A DNA stretch of 40,630 nt from a virus. This document shows positions 39,122 to 40,630 of the stretch, in pieces (position 1 is the first letter of the stretch; each line of letters starts with the position of its first letter). A program made the translations under genes and the position numbers. Location: IMG/VR virus record IMGVR_UViG_3300045988_007834. One strand, 5' to 3'. A model generated the notes under the pieces. It was given only the letters and a program-made list of their open reading frames with translations. It had not been told where the DNA came from and did not search any database.

Positions 39122-40245
39122 TGGCAGAGCTTTTGACGAACACAACCGACCTGACAAAGGTTGCATCAGCTATCCGGGAGAAAGGCGGCACATCTGACCC
39201 GCTGGTCTACCCGGACGGATTTGTGACAGCGATTCAGGCCATTCAGACCGGCACGGAATTGAAGATCGTCGTGTCTGTGACATCTGGTGCAACTGTTACC
39301 GCGACGAAAGGAAGCAAGGTCGTGAGCGGCACATCAGTCAATGGAACGTGTACGCTTACTGTGCCGGAGGCCGGTACATGGAGCGTATCTGCAAAACTGG
39401 GAATACAGACTTCTGACACGCAAATGGTTAGTCTTGCTGATGAATACTCGGCAACGCTGTTGTTCTTGGGACCGTTAAATGACAACGATTGGGAGACCAT
39501 TCGTTCTGTCTCAGATGCAGGACAAGGCGCGAACTATTGGAGTGTTGGAGACCGCAAAGCGGTCACACTGAACGGCACAGTTGGTGCACTGACACTGTCT
39601 AACTTCACGACGTATGCGTTCATCATCGGATTCAACCATAATTCCAGTCTTGAGGGTACAAACCGCATCCATTTCCAACTTGCGAAGACCGCCCTCTCCG
39701 GCGGTACGGACGTTTGCTTCTGCGACAGTTCCTATAACTCGACCGTCTCGGTGACCGGCTATTTCTCCATGAACAGCAGTCAAACAGCCGTCGGCGGTTG
39801 GGAAAGCTCACAAATACGTACAAGCATTTGCGGAACGAGCCTCTCGAGCTATTCCGGGACGATTATCGCAATCATTCCTGAGGCGCTCCGTGCGGTGCTG
39901 AAATCCGTGACGAAGTACACAGACAATATGGGAAACGGAGACCCGACCGCAAGCGCAGTCACGGCAACAACAGATTACTTTTTTCTGCTGTCCGAGTACG
40001 AGGTATTCGGGAGAAACGCACGAGCAAACAGAAACGAAGGCACCAAACAAGCGCAGTACACCTATTATTCCGCCGGAAATAGCAAAACCAAGTACAAGCA
40101 CAGCGCGACAAGCACAGAAGCCGATTGTTGGTCCCGTTCACCTCTTTCGGGAAGCACCACGCAGTTCGTGCTTGAGTCCGGTCAACGCCCCGTGTTTGAA
40201 CGCGCGAACTATTCGCTCGGCTTCGCGCCCGGCTTCTGTGTATAG
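39121..40245 (+). CDS. Receptor-binding/adhesin-like protein (DUF6273-like C-terminal domain)
   Basis: N-terminal LTKVASAIREKGGTS...FVTAIQAI. C-terminal GDRKAVTLNG...GFNHN...MNSSQTAVGGWESSQIR...FFLLSEYEVFG...CWSRSP...APGFCV. Confidence 0.55.
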   Translation: MAELLTNTTDLTKVASAIREKGGTSDPLVYPDGFVTAIQAIQTGTELKIVVSVTSGATVTATKGSKVVSGTSVNGTCTLTVPEAGTWSVSAKLGIQTSDTQMVSLADEYSATLLFLGPLNDNDWETIRSVSDAGQGANYWSVGDRKAVTLNGTVGALTLSNFTTYAFIIGFNHNSSLEGTNRIHFQLAKTALSGGTDVCFCDSSYNSTVSVTGYFSMNSSQTAVGGWESSQIRTSICGTSLSSYSGTIIAIIPEALRAVLKSVTKYTDNMGNGDPTASAVTATTDYFFLLSEYEVFGRNARANRNEGTKQAQYTYYSAGNSKTKYKHSATSTEADCWSRSPLSGSTTQFVLESGQRPVFERANYSLGFAPGFCV

Positions 40246-40254
40246 GAGGGAATT

Positions 40255-40623
40255 GTGGATTACATCACATACAGACGCTTCAAGGGAAAATCTATTTCCG
40301 GCGAAGTCAACATCCCGTTCGGAACAGTCTTACAGGAACGAGGCGGGGTCCTCTATCTCGACGAAAGGCCGATCTGCTGCGTGACGAGCGAAAACGGCTG
40401 GGAGCACTTCCGACCAGACACCGACGAGGGCAAATACCGGCAGGATATGCTAGAAAAGCTCTACCGATGGTATACAAAGCACGGATGCGGCGAGGACTTT
40501 GTAGATGAGCTGTGGCCGGGACAGGAGAACGGATACTGGAGGAACCGGTTGAGAACGGTCAGCACGGAACGGTTGAAACAGATCTATTTTGAGAAATTCG
40601 GGGTGATGCCATGTATGCAGTAA
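40255..40623 (+). CDS. Hypothetical protein (its end lies in the terminal repeat; a duplicate fragment is at 1..112)
   Basis: GTG start after AGGAGGG. 122 aa. Confidence 0.45.
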   Translation: MDYITYRRFKGKSISGEVNIPFGTVLQERGGVLYLDERPICCVTSENGWEHFRPDTDEGKYRQDMLEKLYRWYTKHGCGEDFVDELWPGQENGYWRNRLRTVSTERLKQIYFEKFGVMPCMQ

Positions 40624-40630
40624 AAAAAGA
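40512..40630 (+). repeat. Right copy of the exact 119-bp terminal direct repeat
   Basis: Identical to 1..119. It contains the end of CDS 40255..40623 and the start of the CDS listed at 100..411. Confidence 0.95.

Larger units (their letters stand above)
1..40630. mobile_element. Complete temperate tailed-phage genome (siphovirus-like), circular or terminally redundant assembly
   Basis: All phage modules are present: terminase, portal, capsid, tail, lysis, integrase, repressor and replication. There is no sheath gene. An exact terminal repeat closes the circle. Confidence 0.85.

Noticed and set aside
1-40630. Diversity-generating retroelement, retron or other RT-based system
   Set aside because: No reverse-transcriptase-like ORF (no YxDD motif protein) was seen in any frame. 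The Ig/FN3 repeats show no template-repeat/variable-repeat pair.

Overview
The window is a complete temperate tailed-phage genome, siphovirus-like, with about 40.5 kb of unique sequence. Bases 1..119 are repeated exactly at 40512..40630, so it is a circular or terminally redundant assembly. Ribosome-binding sites, XhlA/holin/amidase lysis genes and a tRNA-Ser attP point to a Firmicutes/Clostridia-type host. GC looks mid-50s percent by eye (not computed).

Modules in window order:
- Tail-fibre/adhesin-like genes that wrap around the window junction (37226..40623, then 100..809).
- Head morphogenesis (852..5264): a frameshifted MuF-like gene, gp10-like protein, scaffold, major capsid with an Ig-like tail, and connectors.
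- Tail (5280..11107): major tail protein, G/G-T chaperones with a T_TTT_TTC slippery site, tape measure, FN3-rich Dit-position protein and Tal-like hub.
- Lysis (11119..12764): XhlA-like protein, membrane protein, Lar-like zinc ribbon, holin and amidase.
- A terminator-bounded cargo island (13.1-16.3 kb) of unusual low-complexity or spore-surface-like proteins.
- attP (tRNA-Ser 3' fragment), tyrosine integrase and a lysogeny module with two membrane proteins.
- A CI-like repressor with a divergent consensus-promoter/operator switch.
- Early, recombination and replication genes: Rad52/Sak-like, YqaJ exonuclease, HNH, SSB, DUF1376, clamp-like, RusA, ASCH.
- Three DNA methyltransferases and a dUTPase, then terS/terL/portal.

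The most unusual items:
- A 1.16-kb early cassette flanked by a 40-nt direct repeat. It carries an orphan protein with a RAMP/Cas6-type glycine loop next to a 408-bp non-coding tract rich in ATGG/TGGCA words.
- A 169-codon ORF with its own strong RBS, embedded out of frame inside the C5-methyltransferase gene. Both frames carry family-like motifs.
- The post-lysis cargo island, with BclA-C-like, Gly/Trp-rich and Gln/Pro-rich proteins.
- A MuF gene that needs a -1 shift at an A8 tract.

All functional calls come from motif recognition by eye. No database search was run.
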